Shown here: positions 1 to 12,261 of the stretch, piece after piece
Layout: every line of letters begins with the position of its first letter
Position numbering within the stretch: the first letter of the stretch is position 1
Source: Octopus vulgaris
Taxonomy: Eukaryota
Assembly (NCBI GenBank): GCA_951406725.2
Contig: OX597840.1
Span: 18,724,001 to 18,788,000, forward strand
DNA length: 64,000 bases
Reading direction: 5' to 3'
Position numbers and translations under genes: made by a program
The notes under the pieces: model-generated
The model's input: only the letters and a program-made list of their open reading frames with translations
Databases searched by the model: none
What the model was told of the DNA's origin: nothing

Positions 1-489
1 GTCCTTCAGGTATTTTGTATGAGTTTACCTTTATAAGGAAGTTTTAATGAGTGGGGGGCCCTTCGTTCCCAGTAATTAGTCCATTGCTGGGACCCTGACT
101 GAGAATTATTGCATCGGTCCTTAAATTTTTCCTAAGCCCAGAAGGTTGGTCCTGGCGAGGCCTTTTGCGACACCATTAAATCCAGGAGCTTTTTGGCACA
201 CCCCCCCATAGTTGTTACTGCACCGTTTATGAAGTTGATTCACTGTTACTTGATCTGTCGACAGATTTTATCAAGCCACGACAAATTTTCAGAAGTCGAT
301 CACGTATATTCCTACTTTTGCTTGTGTAAAAGTTGCACTATTTTATGCTTCATTTTATTTTAACTGGTTGGATGGATGCAACGTGCACAAGGGGCTAGGT
401 TGGAAAACGAAAGAGTAAAATTTTTTACCACATCTCCATGGCAACACCTTTATTAATTTTGTCTGTTGTGGCCATGTTTCTATATAAAT

Positions 490-770
490 GCAGGTGTGGT
501 TAGAATGTATCCAACTACATGGTTCCGGATTCAGTCCCTCTACAAACTTGAGCCAACCAGAGTCTTGTTAGTGGGTTTGGTAGATGGAAACTGAAAGAAG
601 CCCATTGTATGTGAGAATGTTTGTCCCACAATCGTTTCACAACCTGTTCAGCAAAAGATATCGATGGAATAAGTACTAGGCATACAAAGTCCTGGGGTCG
701 ATTTCTTCAACTAGAATACTTTAAAACAGTGCTCCAGCAAGGCCGCAGTTGAATGACTAAAATATGCAAA
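490..770 (+). mobile_element. tRNA-derived SINE family A, diverged copy
   Basis: Matches the repeated consensus ..GGTTCAGTCCC..GGATTTGGTAGA(C/T)GGAAACTGAAAGAAGCCC..GCTCCAGCATGGCCGCAGTCAAATGACTGAAA, found many times in this window. Confidence 0.7.
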
Positions 771-849
771 AGAATATATATACATACAGGAAAAGTAGGA
801 GTTGCAAAAGCACTGAGAATAGTTAAAATATCTTTTATTAGTATATAGA

Positions 850-1168
850 TGCAGGAGTGGCTGTGGGGTAAGTAGCTTGCTTACCAACCATGTGGTTCCA
901 GGTTGAGTCTCATTTTCTGACACCTTGGGCAAGTGTCTTCTACTGTAGCGTTGGGCCGACCTAAGCCTTGTGAGTGGATTTGGTAAGCGGAAACTGAAAG
1001 AAGCCCATAGTATATATGTGTGTTTACATCCCCGTAACTTAGCGGTTTGGCAAAAGAGACCGATAGAATAGGTACTAGGCTTACAAAGAATAAGTCCTGG
1101 GGTCGATTTGCTCGACTAAAGACGGTGCTCCAGGGTGGCCAGTCACATGACTGAAACAAGTAAAAGTA
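850..1168 (+). mobile_element. tRNA-derived SINE family A
   Basis: Head GCAGGAGTGGCTGTG(G/T)GGTAAGTAGCTTGC with A/B-box-like motifs, CORE-like CACCTTGGGCAAGTG, tail GACTGAAACAAGTAAAAG. Confidence 0.85.
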
Positions 1169-1443
1169 CACACAAAATTCATTCTGCCACTTACTAGGAA
1201 ATTATGCTGCTAACAACCCAAACTTTAGCGACTTGACTGCATACAAACGACTCCGGTGGTGCTGGCAGAGATTCTCTTCAAATGCTGTTGCTGTTTGTGT
1301 GTTACAGATTCATGTCCGACGGATGCCTACTATATATGTGTATGTGTAAGTACTTAGCTTACAAAGAATAAGTCGATTTCCTCGACTATAGGCGGTGCTC
1401 CAGCATGGCCGCAGTCAAATGACTGAAATGAGCAAAAGAGAGA

Positions 1444-2018
1444 TGTTTCTGTCGCAAAAGACCAATTAGACTAATTAAATTACGCTTGTAAGCTTCACTT
1501 TAGAATTTGATTTGGCGAGTGAAAAATAAATTAGAAAACGAAATGATTATAATTATCACAAAGTTAACTAAATGTACTAACTTTAAATATAAAAATATTT
1601 CATTATTATTCACTAATAAAAAAGAAAGGAGCACTCCGTCAGTTGCGACGATGAGGGTCCCAGCCGATACGATCAACAGCTTGCTTGCAAAATTGACGTG
1701 CAAGTGGCTGACCACTCCACAAAAACGTGTACCCTGAATGTAGTTCTCGGGAAGATTCAGTGTGACAAAGCTGGCCCTTTGAAATACAGGTAGTACTCGT
1801 TTTTGCCAGATGAGTGAACTGGAGCCTGCATGAAGTAAAGTATCTTGCTCAAGGACACAACATGTCGCCAGGAATTGAACTTACGATTATGAGCCGAATG
1901 CCCCTAACCATGAAGCCGCGCGCCTTCAGATTGAATTCCAAATGACGTAATATAATAATGTGTTGAAATACATATTCTTCAGTTGTATGCCTAAACATGG
2001 TCTTCTGCGACAGAAACA
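1444..2018. mobile_element. Putative MITE (inverted termini) containing a nested SINE
   Basis: TGTTTCTGTCGCAAAAGACCA at 1444 and TGGTCTTCTGCGACAGAAACA ending 2018 are reverse complements with one mismatch. Confidence 0.5.
1628..1928 (-). mobile_element. tRNA-derived SINE family C (CORE-like)
   Basis: Minus-strand head GAAGGCGCGCGGCTTCATGGTTAGGGCATTCGG..GTTCAATTCCTGG, then GTGTCCTTGAGCAAGATAC. Confidence 0.65.
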
Positions 2019-2808
2019 GCTGACTGGTTAAATTAAATAAATAATCTGTATTAGCGTCAAAACCCGTTCCATTTATTGGACACCGTCTAATAAATTGATT
2101 CTTCTAATGATTATTATTTGTATATATATTCATACGGAAATGAAAGGAACCCCTTAATGTATGATTTAAAAACCTTGGAAACCTAGGGAATAATGCCCTA
2201 AACAGAAAAAGTATTTTCATCCGGAAAAATATCACTCACTCACACATACATGAGTTCAGCAGAAATTTAGACTAAGATGAATATTGTACTTAAGTTGAGG
2301 TACCAGAATTTAGTACGGTATTATCCATACAATTTCAAAATAAGGTGATTAGAATTAAAATAAGCAACAAAGATATCCAGAGGTAATGCAGTACGATCGT
2401 TTCACGCAACTCAGTTTAATTGAACAATGCAACCATTACATCAATTTAAATGCAGAGCAATCCTCAGCTGCACAAAGACATACAATATGAATATATATAT
2501 ATATATATAGGCACATTTTTGTCTTTTTCTTTTTTCAATCTTTCTCCATTTCTTATTTGCTCTTAATTCTTTCTATGGAAGAGCGTATGCTCGAAATGTA
2601 AGACTTTTCCATTCTTCCTAATGTTTTATATATATACTAGCAGAGATACCCAGCATTGCCTGGTTACATTCAATTGAAGAATTAGACTTTTCTGTTATAT
2701 ATACATGGATACACACACACACACATATATATTAATATAAATACATGAAAGTACATGAAGTTTGTTAAAAAAAAGGGGGATCATGTATATACCTCCTGGC
2801 TGTTGAGA

Positions 2809-3540
2809 TTATAACATCTCGTTGTAAACAATGTTCCTTGTTTTTCCTTGTGGAGCATATACAAAAAGAATTCTTTTGGTTCCTACTCTTGAGCAGCCAA
2901 CATACAGTTGCCCATGCGAGAAGCAGGGTTCTTCCAAGAGAAGACCAGCTACAGAGAGGGTTTGACCCTGAGATTTGTTAATGGGCATGACGGAGCTGAC
3001 ACGAAGGGGGAATTGCAGTCTTCTGAATGTAAATGGAATTTCTGCTCCTGATGGAGTGAGAGGAATTCTTGGAATAAAGACGTCATCACCTTTTCCACAT
3101 CCAGAAAGAATGATCGCCTCGTTAACGTGTGACATCATTTTCTTTATCACCAGTCGTGTTCCATTGCAAAGTCTTGGTGGTTCCAGATTGTGGAGTAGCA
3201 TTACAGGTGTTCTAACTTTAAGTGCTAATATGTGTGGAGGTAGTCCAGGAGGCTCCAGTGAATTGAAAAATTCAGGAGGATAGTTCGCAACTTCATTTAT
3301 ATCTGGAATTGTATCAACAGACTTGTAAGTGTGTATAGTGTCGGGAAGAGAATGCATTAGCTGTAGACTAATTTTGTTAACAGCGATGTTTTTTGGAGCT
3401 AATGTTGCTCTTTCACACAGCCAATTGTGATTTTGGTAGTTTTGTGTGAAGTTGGGAAAGATTTTGTTTTTGAGGTCATCTACAGGAAAATGACCACACT
3501 TCCGTTTGCTCTGCAGCATTGAGAGGCATCTTGCCTTCAA
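2809..3540 (-). pseudogene. Helitron PIF1-type helicase, C-terminal part
   Basis: Motifs PPGLPPHIL, RLCNGTRL, FRRLQFPLR, INKSQGQTL, FSHGQLYVGCSRV. Confidence 0.93.
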
Positions 3541-5270
3541 GTGTCAAAATGTCCTGTGCAAACTTTGTGGACATTTTGTCGCCGTGTAGCTGAGCTCTCA
3601 TGTTAGTGGTGAGACTGAGGATTGTAAGATGATGCCACAGGGTAGAGGACTTTGGAGCCTGACAGTCTCGGATGTCTTTCATGGTTCTATCTAATGCTTC
3701 CAAAGCTCACCTTGTTAGCCATAGTGCACTTGTCCCAGACAATTAGATGACACATTTTAAGTACTTGTCCCTGATTTGAGTTTTTGTTCATGTTGCATGA
3801 AGGCATTTTGGATGCTGCTAAATTGAGAGGGAGTTTAAAAATTGAGTGTGCTGTCCTGCTACTGGGTAACAAAGTAGCTGCAATGCCAGAGGAGGCCACA
3901 GCTACTGCAATGTCCTGATGCTGCCTAATTTCTGCAAGGAGAAGCTTTGTAATAAATGTTTTTCCTGTCCCTCCAGGAACATCGAGGAAGAAGATTCGTC
4001 CCTCGCATTGGTGTACACTGTTAAGAATAGTTCTGTCAGCCTGCAGCTGGTCCGGAAGTAATTTAGGCTCATTTCCAACAATGTATTTTGAAAGCGCTTG
4101 AGTGTCATAGGTTGTTTCACGAATAACAGCAGTGGGAAGGCAATTTGACCCTGACCTGAATGCTTGTGGCAGGCCATACGTCGACAATTCATTTCCACCC
4201 AGTTTAGCAATTCTGTCTTCAATGTCAATGAGTGTTTTGTTACAGATTTCATTGCTGGTACCCTCCATGTCAGGATAGAGCAGTTGAGCTTGGCGCTGAA
4301 AGTCTTCAGCCAGGTTGTCTCTATATTTGAGCCCTAGAGTGGCCGGATCACGCAGTTCGCATGCCTGTAGTAATACTGCAAATAGTGCCCTGAGACTTTT
4401 AGGTGATTGTGATAAAGCAGCCTCTCCTAAAGTTGCATCCCATTGTGTACCATCTTGTAACAGACCTTGTCGATAGCAGGCTTCTCTGTATGTTGTGCAG
4501 ACATGTCCATGAACGGTTTTTAGGGCCTGGAAAGACGGCCCTCTGATCTCATGCAGTAGTAGACGAAGGTGGAAGCACTCTTGTTGAGTGGGATGCACAA
4601 TGTATACTCGCCCAAGGCAAGTGTGAAACTTAATGCCAGGGTATCCATGAACATTTTGACCTGCTTTCCGTGGGGCCCATTTTTTTTCCATTCTAAGTGT
4701 AGCACGATGGAATCTGTGGATACAGCAAGGTTTGAGCGAATGGATCCACTTGACAGAGCTTGAAGAATGCAGTGAGTGTGCTATCCCTTGGTTCCTTTGC
4801 CAACAGAGAAGCATTAGCATCGGTGAAGTACACTCTTTGACCATTTTCCAGGTGCATGCAAGCTGTTGAATGGCGGGGGCGTCGTTGGTGAATTGGAAAG
4901 CCAAAGATGCGCCAGAAAGCCTCGTTGCTACCTATGTACCGTCCCACCTGATAATGCGTCACCTCATCCTGGCAGTATTCTTGTTGTAGTCCAAACATTG
5001 CAGCGTCAGAATCCTTGTTTACATATTTGCAAACGTACTTGATGGATTTAACGGAGTTGCAAAACTCAATGTTGATGTGGGCATTGAAAGTTTTTGACAG
5101 GAGTGGGCAGTATGGAACAATCGATCTATTATTAATATCGTACTGTCTGATAGTTGCTGTGAAACCTCTGTCTTCTGGTTTTCTGCGTCTGTATGATGGA
5201 TACCCATCAGCACCTGTCTGAGTTTCTTGTAGGAACCTCCTTGAAAATCTTTTTGAACATATGCTGTCCT
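3476..5270 (-). pseudogene. Helitron Rep C-terminus and helicase N-terminus, frameshifted
   Basis: CSKRF..GYPSYRRR, IVPYCPLLSKTFNAHINIEFC, SIKYVCKYVNK, LGRVYIVHP, Walker A-like FLDVPGGTGKTF, ASSGIAATLL, spread over three frames. Confidence 0.92.
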
Positions 5271-6345
5271 TCCAAGTCACCACACAGTGGGACTGAACCC
5301 AGGACCATGTGTTTGGAACGGAGTTTGTTACCACACAGCCACACCTGCCCCTATGTGTGTGTGTGTGCATATGTGTAGATATATGCATGTATATATGGGT
5401 ATATATTTGTGTACATATTACATGTACATCTATATATATACATCTACACATAAAATACAAAGTTATATCTTGATATCGCTAGTGATAACAATACTCAAAA
5501 TACATAACAGACTGGAATTGTAGGCCCGTCTCTTGCAATTTCGATCAATTGGATCTTGTCCTCCCTCTTGTATAGAAGTGTACGGCTGCAGCGAAATTCA
5601 TTTTTGGACTTACTTCTATCGAAGGCATTTTAACAAAAATGCTTCCGTAAAGACGGTGAAAATATTGTCAATTTCCCCAAACAGGGTCACAATTCAATTT
5701 TTAAACAATAACCAAAGCCCCTTCTCTGAAAGGGGGAGGGTTACAGTTTACAATTATTTAAAAAATGCTACACAACAACGTTTTCCTGACGAGGAACCAA
5801 CAAACGTGATTACAATAGTCAAACAGTAATAATAATAACAAACCTTTTTAACGTTTCTCCATTTATGTGAAACCACTTATTCAAGTTCAAGGTATTGATG
5901 CAATTTTATACGAATTGCTAATACACACACACACACATAATAAGGGTGAAACATTGAATATTAATTTGATTAATATGAATTGAAAACCAGTGGTGTAGCA
6001 TATAAGACCATAGCGGATCTTCTTCTAGCAAAAAGGTTGACCACTTTTAATGGTTCATCTCTGTTATATAATACTTTCACTTTAATAGTTTCAGTATTAA
6101 AGTGAAAGTGTCTGCATTACAATAGAGAGATGTTTTTGTTTCACTTTTAACACGTAATACTGAAAAAGTGGAGAAAATATGATATTGCTGTGGGCTCGCC
6201 CTAGGGAAAAAGTTAACATTTTTTTTGCCGATGACACTCCCCGGACCTTAAGTAAGGATGTGTAAAATTTGAATGAAATTGGTTGTGTAGTTCTCAAGTT
6301 TTAGGGAAACACACAGACAGATAGACACACATTCTCAGTTTTATA

Positions 6346-6376
<31 letters not shown>

Positions 6377-6399
6377 CAATGATGGACTTTCCCATCGTT

Positions 6400-6610
6400 T
6401 TCAAAGCATGAGCATCCGACAACCTAAACTTTCTTTGTTGAATGTGACATTTGAGGCCCACCAATGATTTGCAAATGTTGCAAGTATGAGAATTATGGGT
6501 GAGTGTAGGCGATATATTTGCAGCCACTTTTCTCCTTTACTTGGCACCCCTTAGCCTGTTAATCCTAGTTAAAAGAAAGTCTCCCATACCATTTTGCAAG
6601 TTGTTTGCAA
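6400..6610 (-). mobile_element. Possible RTE-type LINE C-terminal remnant
   Basis: HTCNICKSLVGLKCH resembles the C-terminal C2H2-like motif of RTE ORFs. Confidence 0.4.
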
Positions 6611-6877
6611 GACATCATATACAGCCATACCCAGTAATATGCATTTATCTTGGAGAATAAAGCCAATGACCGTATAAATCTTTTCCAATTGCACAGAGAC
6701 ATTTCTCTAACAAAGGTTATATCATTATGTGCTACCATAGATCAATTATATTTAAAAGTCACAGAAGTATGCAAAGGTGGGGGGAGATCACAAGAAAGGT
6801 CAGTGTGTTTCTTTTTTCAAACAAGCTGTCATTGTGGCTTTTCAGCAGCAGATGGGAGAGTTATTGCATACATTGGT

Positions 6878-7210
6878 GCAGGCATGGCTGTATGGTTAAG
6901 TAGCTTTCTATACACACAAACACGTGAAATATATGTGTGTGTGTATACATTCATACACACACACACACATATATATGGTTGTGAGGCGCAAGTGTGGCTG
7001 TGTGGTAAGAAGCTTGCTTCCCAACCACATAGCTCCGGGTTCATATATACACGTATATATATTATATATACGTGTGTGTGTGTGTCTGTGTTTGTCCCCC
7101 CAACATCGCTTGACAACTGATGCTGGTGTGTTTACATCCCCGTAACTTAACACTTCGGCAAAAGAGACCAATAGAATAAGTACTAGGCTTACAAAAAATA
7201 AGTCCTGGTG
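6878..7210 (+). mobile_element. SINE family A, two heads with internal deletion
   Basis: Family A head motifs at about 6878 and 6985; 3' part TTTGTCCCCC..GATGCTGGTGTGTTTAC. Confidence 0.7.
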
Positions 7211-7309
7211 TTGAAAAAAAAACCCCACATTTTTTTAATATAATTATTTGATAATTAGTATAACATAAGTACATTTATTTTATCATTATTTTTTATTATT
7301 TATTATCTT

Positions 7310-7429
7310 AGACCTGATGAGTGACTATATTTTTCAATAGAATTAATTTTAGTTCGATTTAATTATGAATCAAATTGATTTTATTATTATTAGCTATTTG
7401 AAAATATAGACATGAAACATGTGTAGTCT
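7310..7429 (+). ncRNA. Type I hammerhead-ribozyme-like motif with long stem II, probably Penelope-associated
   Basis: Stem I AGAC(7310-13)/GTCT(7426-29); core CTGATGA 7314-20; stem II 7321-40 pairs with 7394-7413; GAAA 7414-17; minimal stem III ACA-TG-TGT; GUA triplet ending 7425. Confidence 0.55.
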
Positions 7430-7671
7430 TTTTACTACTATTTACTATTTATTGTACTTTATTGATTTTCAAAATAAGTTTTTTTTTATACTATATGTTT
7501 TCTATATGGTGTGTATAACATCTTTCATTATTGAATTATTTAATGGAGGTTTTTCTCTAAATTATTTATATATATTATATATTGTGAAATTTGATTTAAA
7601 ATTGTTAAATTGAATTTTTCTCTGTAAGTTTTGGAATTATATTCCCTACTATTATTATTATATTTCTATTT

Positions 7672-8340
7672 GTGTGTGTGTATATATATATATATATACA
7701 CCCACCCACACATATATGTATATATAATATATATGTACATGAATATATATATATATGTATATATACATGTATATATAATATATATATGCACATGAATATA
7801 TGATATGCATATATAATACATATATGTGCATGTATAATATATATATATGAATATATTATATATATACATGAATATAATATATATATGAATAAATATATAT
7901 ATATATACATATATCTTCGAAACGCAGAGTAGATGAAACAGGGACAACTGAAGAAGGGGAATATTCTTTATGTTGCATGTCTCAATTCTCTGTTTGTTTT
8001 TTCGTTGTTCAAAAAAGTTCATTTTCTAAGTATTTGTTTTTATGTTTTCGTTTCTCATTGTGTTCAATGTTTTTTTTTATGTCCTGTACCCATATATGCA
8101 TGTATATATACATATATATGTAGGTATATACATATATGTATATATTTATATCATTATATCTAAATATATATATATATATACTATATATGTATATATACAT
8201 GCATATATGGGTACAGGACATAAAAAAAAACATTGAACACAATAAATATATATAACTTTTTGATAGTTATATATATTTATAGAGATAAATAAATAAAAAA
8301 TAAAAATAAATATATATATATATATTTATAAATATAAATT
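7672..8340. repeat. AT/AC-rich microsatellite and low-complexity tract with a local inverted duplication
   Basis: (TA)n/(CA)n mixtures; 8057-8095 and 8205-8242 are inverted copies. Confidence 0.8.
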
Positions 8341-9119
8341 AATAAATTAAAATTTTAACTTTAAATTTAAATAATTTAAATTTTGAATTTTATATTTTTT
8401 GTATATTATATTAATTTTATTTCTATGTTTTGGTTTATGTCTATCACTGAGTTGCCTAATAGTGGTTTTATCTCTAATTTAATTTATATTTATACTGTGA
8501 AATTTGATTTAATCCTAAATCTAATTTTTCCCTGTAAGTTTGGATTTACTCCCTAATATTATTATTATATACATGTATATATAATATGTGTATATGTATA
8601 TATACTTGTTGGGTAGCCTGCCATTGTTGAGCAGTTTTCCCAATAGAATGCCTTTATTTAAGTTTTTCTCATTCCATGTCAGACTAGGTCTTCCCCAAAA
8701 GATGGTCCTTTCGATCAGGACAATTTCGGCATTATTTGGGGCAATTTATGACGTCTCAATAAAGAAAGATTTGTTTTCGTTTTCCATTTGGTACAGAGAT
8801 GTAAGAATTTTTCTTACTTCCTATTTTTGAACATCCAGCAGAAAGCTCATCGGGGGTAACGTAGGGTTCTTCAAGATGTAAACCAACAAAAATGTTTGTC
8901 CTTGCAATTTGTTCGTCTAATTGTTAGATTCTTATGTCTCCACCCTGAAGACCAAGGCTCATATCATTCGCTCAGGCTCTACTTTCAACATAGTTTCTTT
9001 CTTCACCTTTCATTCTTTCTTCCCAATTCTTCCCTGTCCCCATTCCTTTAGCACATTTTCCTTGTTTTACATCGTCCTAACCTTGTTTCAGAGTCATATG
9101 GACTTATTTTGCTTGTATA

Positions 9120-9495
9120 TTCTTTTACTTGTTTCAGTCATTTGACTGCGGCCATGCTGGGGCATCACCTTTAGTTGAACAAATCGATCACAGGACTTAT
9201 TCTTTGTAAGCCTAGTACTTAACCAATCCGTCTCTTTTACCAAACCGCTAGTTTACGGGGACATAAACATACCAACATCAGTTGTCAAAAAATGGTGGGG
9301 GGACAAACACAGACACAAACACACACACACACGACGGGCTTCTTTCAGTTTCCATCTACAAAATCCACTCACAAGGCTTTGGTCAGCCTGAGGCTATAGT
9401 AGAAGACACTTGCCCAAGGTGCTAAGTAGTGGGACTGAACCCAGAACCATGCGGTTGGTAAGCAAGTTACTTACCACACAGCCACTCCTGCACCT
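9120..9495 (-). mobile_element. SINE family A, full length
   Basis: Reverse complement of family A consensus from head (9495) to tail (9120). Confidence 0.85.
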
Positions 9496-9767
9496 ATATT
9501 GTATATTTTACTTCGTTTGTACATTTATATTCATACCACATCCTGTGTCACATGTTTTTGTCACTGTCCTCAACGTATGCTCACTATTTCCACCAAAAAT
9601 GAAGAATATTATTGCTAAAGATGTGCAATTGTAAGGATTTCTTTTGACAATATATGACAAGGAATCAGCACATCTATCTTGTGTATATATTTTCCGTTTG
9701 TTCCTATACCATGCTTCTGTTTAAGGTTTGAAACTATATATATAATATATATATATATATATACTCG

Positions 9768-9918
9768 TTGTAGTTGGCATTAGGAAGGGCATCCAGCTGT
9801 AGAAACTCTGCTAGATCAAGATTGGAGCCTGGTGCAGCCATCTGGTTTGCCAGTCCTCAGTGAAATTGTCCAACTCATGCTAGCATGGAAAGCGGACATT
9901 AAACGATGATGATGATGA
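9768..9918 (+). mobile_element. 3' part of RTE-tailed SINE/LINE family D
   Basis: GTTGGCATTAGGAAGGGCATCCAGCTGTAGAAAC..GGACATTAAAC(GAT)n. Confidence 0.75.
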
Positions 9919-10362
9919 TATATATATATATGCATACACACACACATATATATACATAATCAATATAACATATCAGAAAATATGAGCACATTCTAAAGAA
10001 TAGAGCAGTAATTATTAAAGCAAAAAGTTCAATTCAGGTCATAAAGTTAGCAAAGGATTCATATCCACAAAAGCCAATGCCTTGTGGACAGCTCATCAGA
10101 CTGTATACAAAGACAAAGAAATTAAACTTTCTCCCACATGGACATAAGGAAATGCTCAGATATTGGGATTTAAAAGATAAAAATATTAATGAGGACAAGT
10201 TATCTCCTCTTGACCAAAGGATGTAAAACCCTTACAGACCCAAAATAGCTTAAGCAGCTAAAGGGGAGATCCAATTTTCCAGTAGGTAGCATTTGAAATG
10301 GACACATTTAGAGAAAGCTTCTTTGTGATTATTCAACACACCAGGTTTAGCATAGTCCTTAA

Positions 10363-10582
10363 CCCTTTCGTTACTGTATTTATTTTGAGATGTTCTCTGT
10401 TTCTTTCAATTATTTTAAATATAACAAAGAATTTAGTAAAATAACTTAGTTATCATTAAGTTGGTGTTAGGGACGTAAATTGTGACTAAGGTTTGGTGGA
10501 AGATTTTAATTCAAAACTTATGAAAACAAGACATTTTACCACAGAGCCAGAGCTGGTTTTGGCCGGGTTAGTAACAAAAGGG
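10363..10582. mobile_element. TTAA-flanked MITE (piggyBac-like termini)
   Basis: TTAA|CCCTTTCGTTAC ... GTAACAAAAGGG|TTAA; same family as 47093-47544 in the opposite orientation. Confidence 0.85.
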
Positions 10583-11095
10583 TTAAGAATTTTGGTTCTC
10601 TCAGCGATGCAGATTTTGCAACAACCACTCCCATTAATATATGGGCCTGGATGATCTATTATCCCCTCCCTCCCGATATCACATGATCTTTGAGGTGCCA
10701 CACACCGCTGGTCAGGAATGTAACAAAACATCTTTCTGGGACTCTAAAGGATGACTGGTGGTTGTGGAAGCAATGTTTGAAAGAAGTACTGGTCAATCTG
10801 ATATATTAACACACTTGGGATATGACTATATCCACACTCCTGGTATATCTCTGATAGGCTTCGGGCCTGGGGATGCTGTTGATAACACCATTGCTTCCAT
10901 TGTTGATATAACGCAATGATCCGTTGGTGTTATCACCATGGTTACCATTTCTGGTTCCATGGTCAGCAATGTAGCTGCCAACACCAGCATGGGTGTGGCT
11001 GGTGGTAACATATGGTGCAGGGTGGTTGGTCATCCTATCAGTGCCGATGGTAATTGTTTGGTCATCATCTCTAGGTAAGATCACTAATATATATA

Positions 11096-11160
<65 letters not shown>

Positions 11161-11171
11161 GTATATATATA

Positions 11172-11560
11172 CTAGCAGTATCGCCCAGCGTTGATCTGGT
11201 TTGTTTTGACCCTTTAGAATTGGAATTTTTGAAAAGTAAAAATTTTGCATTATGTAGCTTGTTATTCTCTTTAACTGAACATTTTTCTGGTTGAAAACAC
11301 TGAAAAATGGTGACACAGCAGTCAAAAAATCGTAAAAAATATGGATTTTCATAGGAAAAAAGCACCTTTTTGATGTAAATAATTTTTGGTCTTAACATGG
11401 TCCGATTTGAATTTTTTCTTCTATGAAAGGAAGAGCAAGCCTTCTTCTATCATACTTTCAATTTTGGTCAACTTGCACCGCAGGGTCTCGGAGGAGATAG
11501 TGTTAGTTGAAGGCTACCAAACCTGCCACACACAAACAACTTCAGCTTTATATATATAGA
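11172..11560 (-). mobile_element. Non-autonomous Helitron
   Basis: Minus strand starts TCTATATATATAAAGCTG and ends with a hairpin plus CTAG, inserted between A and T. Confidence 0.75.
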
Positions 11561-11731
11561 TATGTGTGTGTGTGTGTATAAATATATATATAATCATCAA
11601 GCAATACATTTCTGCTTATGGCACACAAGTAAAAATATATTGCTGCATTTCTTCTCATTGATGGACAACTAATTCAAAATATATATTAACATGTGTGCAT
11701 TGGCAGAATACAGAGACATACACACATATGT

Positions 11732-12255
11732 AAGTGGCTGTGTGGTAAGTAGCTTGCTTACCAACCACATAGTTCCGGGTTCAGTCCCACTGCGTGGCAC
11801 CTTGGGCAAGCCTTGTGAGTGGATTTGGTAGATGGAAACTGAACGAAGTCCGTTGTATATATATATATATATATATACATATATATATGTAGTAGAGCAT
11901 AGGTTCAAAATGTAAAAGACTTTTTCTATTCCTGAGCGTTATACTAATACATCTGTTTGTTTTGTACACCACTTGTCTCCGTCTTTTGTTTTTTTCATAA
12001 ACTCTCCCTATATATATATATGTACATGTGTGTATGTATATGTATGTGTGTCTGTCTGTATCCCCCCAACATCGCTTGTAACCGATGCTGACATGTTTAC
12101 ATCCCCGTAACTTAAGGGTTCGGCAAAAGAGACCGATAGAATAAGTACTGGGCTTACAAAAAATAAGTACTGGGACTCGATTTGCTCGACTAAAGGCAAT
12201 GCTCCAGCATGGCCACAGTTATTTAATTGACTGAAATATATAAAAGAATAAAAGA
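11732..12255 (+). mobile_element. SINE family A with an inserted Penelope-like fragment
   Basis: Family A head at 11732 and tail to about 12255; unrelated 11890-12008 insert inside the (TA)n spacer. Confidence 0.75.
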
Positions 12256-12261
12256 AAAGAA

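Larger units (their letters stand above)
2637..6352 (-). mobile_element. Decayed autonomous Helitron
   Basis: Minus-strand 3' hairpin plus CTAG at 2637-2672; RepHel ORF fragments at 2809-5270; Helitron-type 5' end (TATATAAAACTGAGAATGTGTGTC) near 6350; later insertions lie inside. Confidence 0.75.

Noticed and set aside
1-330. Possible Penelope-like coding remnant on the minus strand (LKLPYKG); similarly 8590-8900
   Set aside because: Too decayed to support by eye.
850-925. tRNA genes at SINE heads
   Set aside because: A/B-box-like motifs run directly into SINE bodies; no complete cloverleaf is evident.
7915-7960. GAAA..CTGAAGA as a type II hammerhead
   Set aside because: Stems I and II cannot be paired convincingly.
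7605-8242. Tyr/Ile-rich ORFs (also 11071-11398, 36335-36610, 58310-58890, 59230-59896, 60398-61492)
   Set aside because: They are translations of microsatellites.
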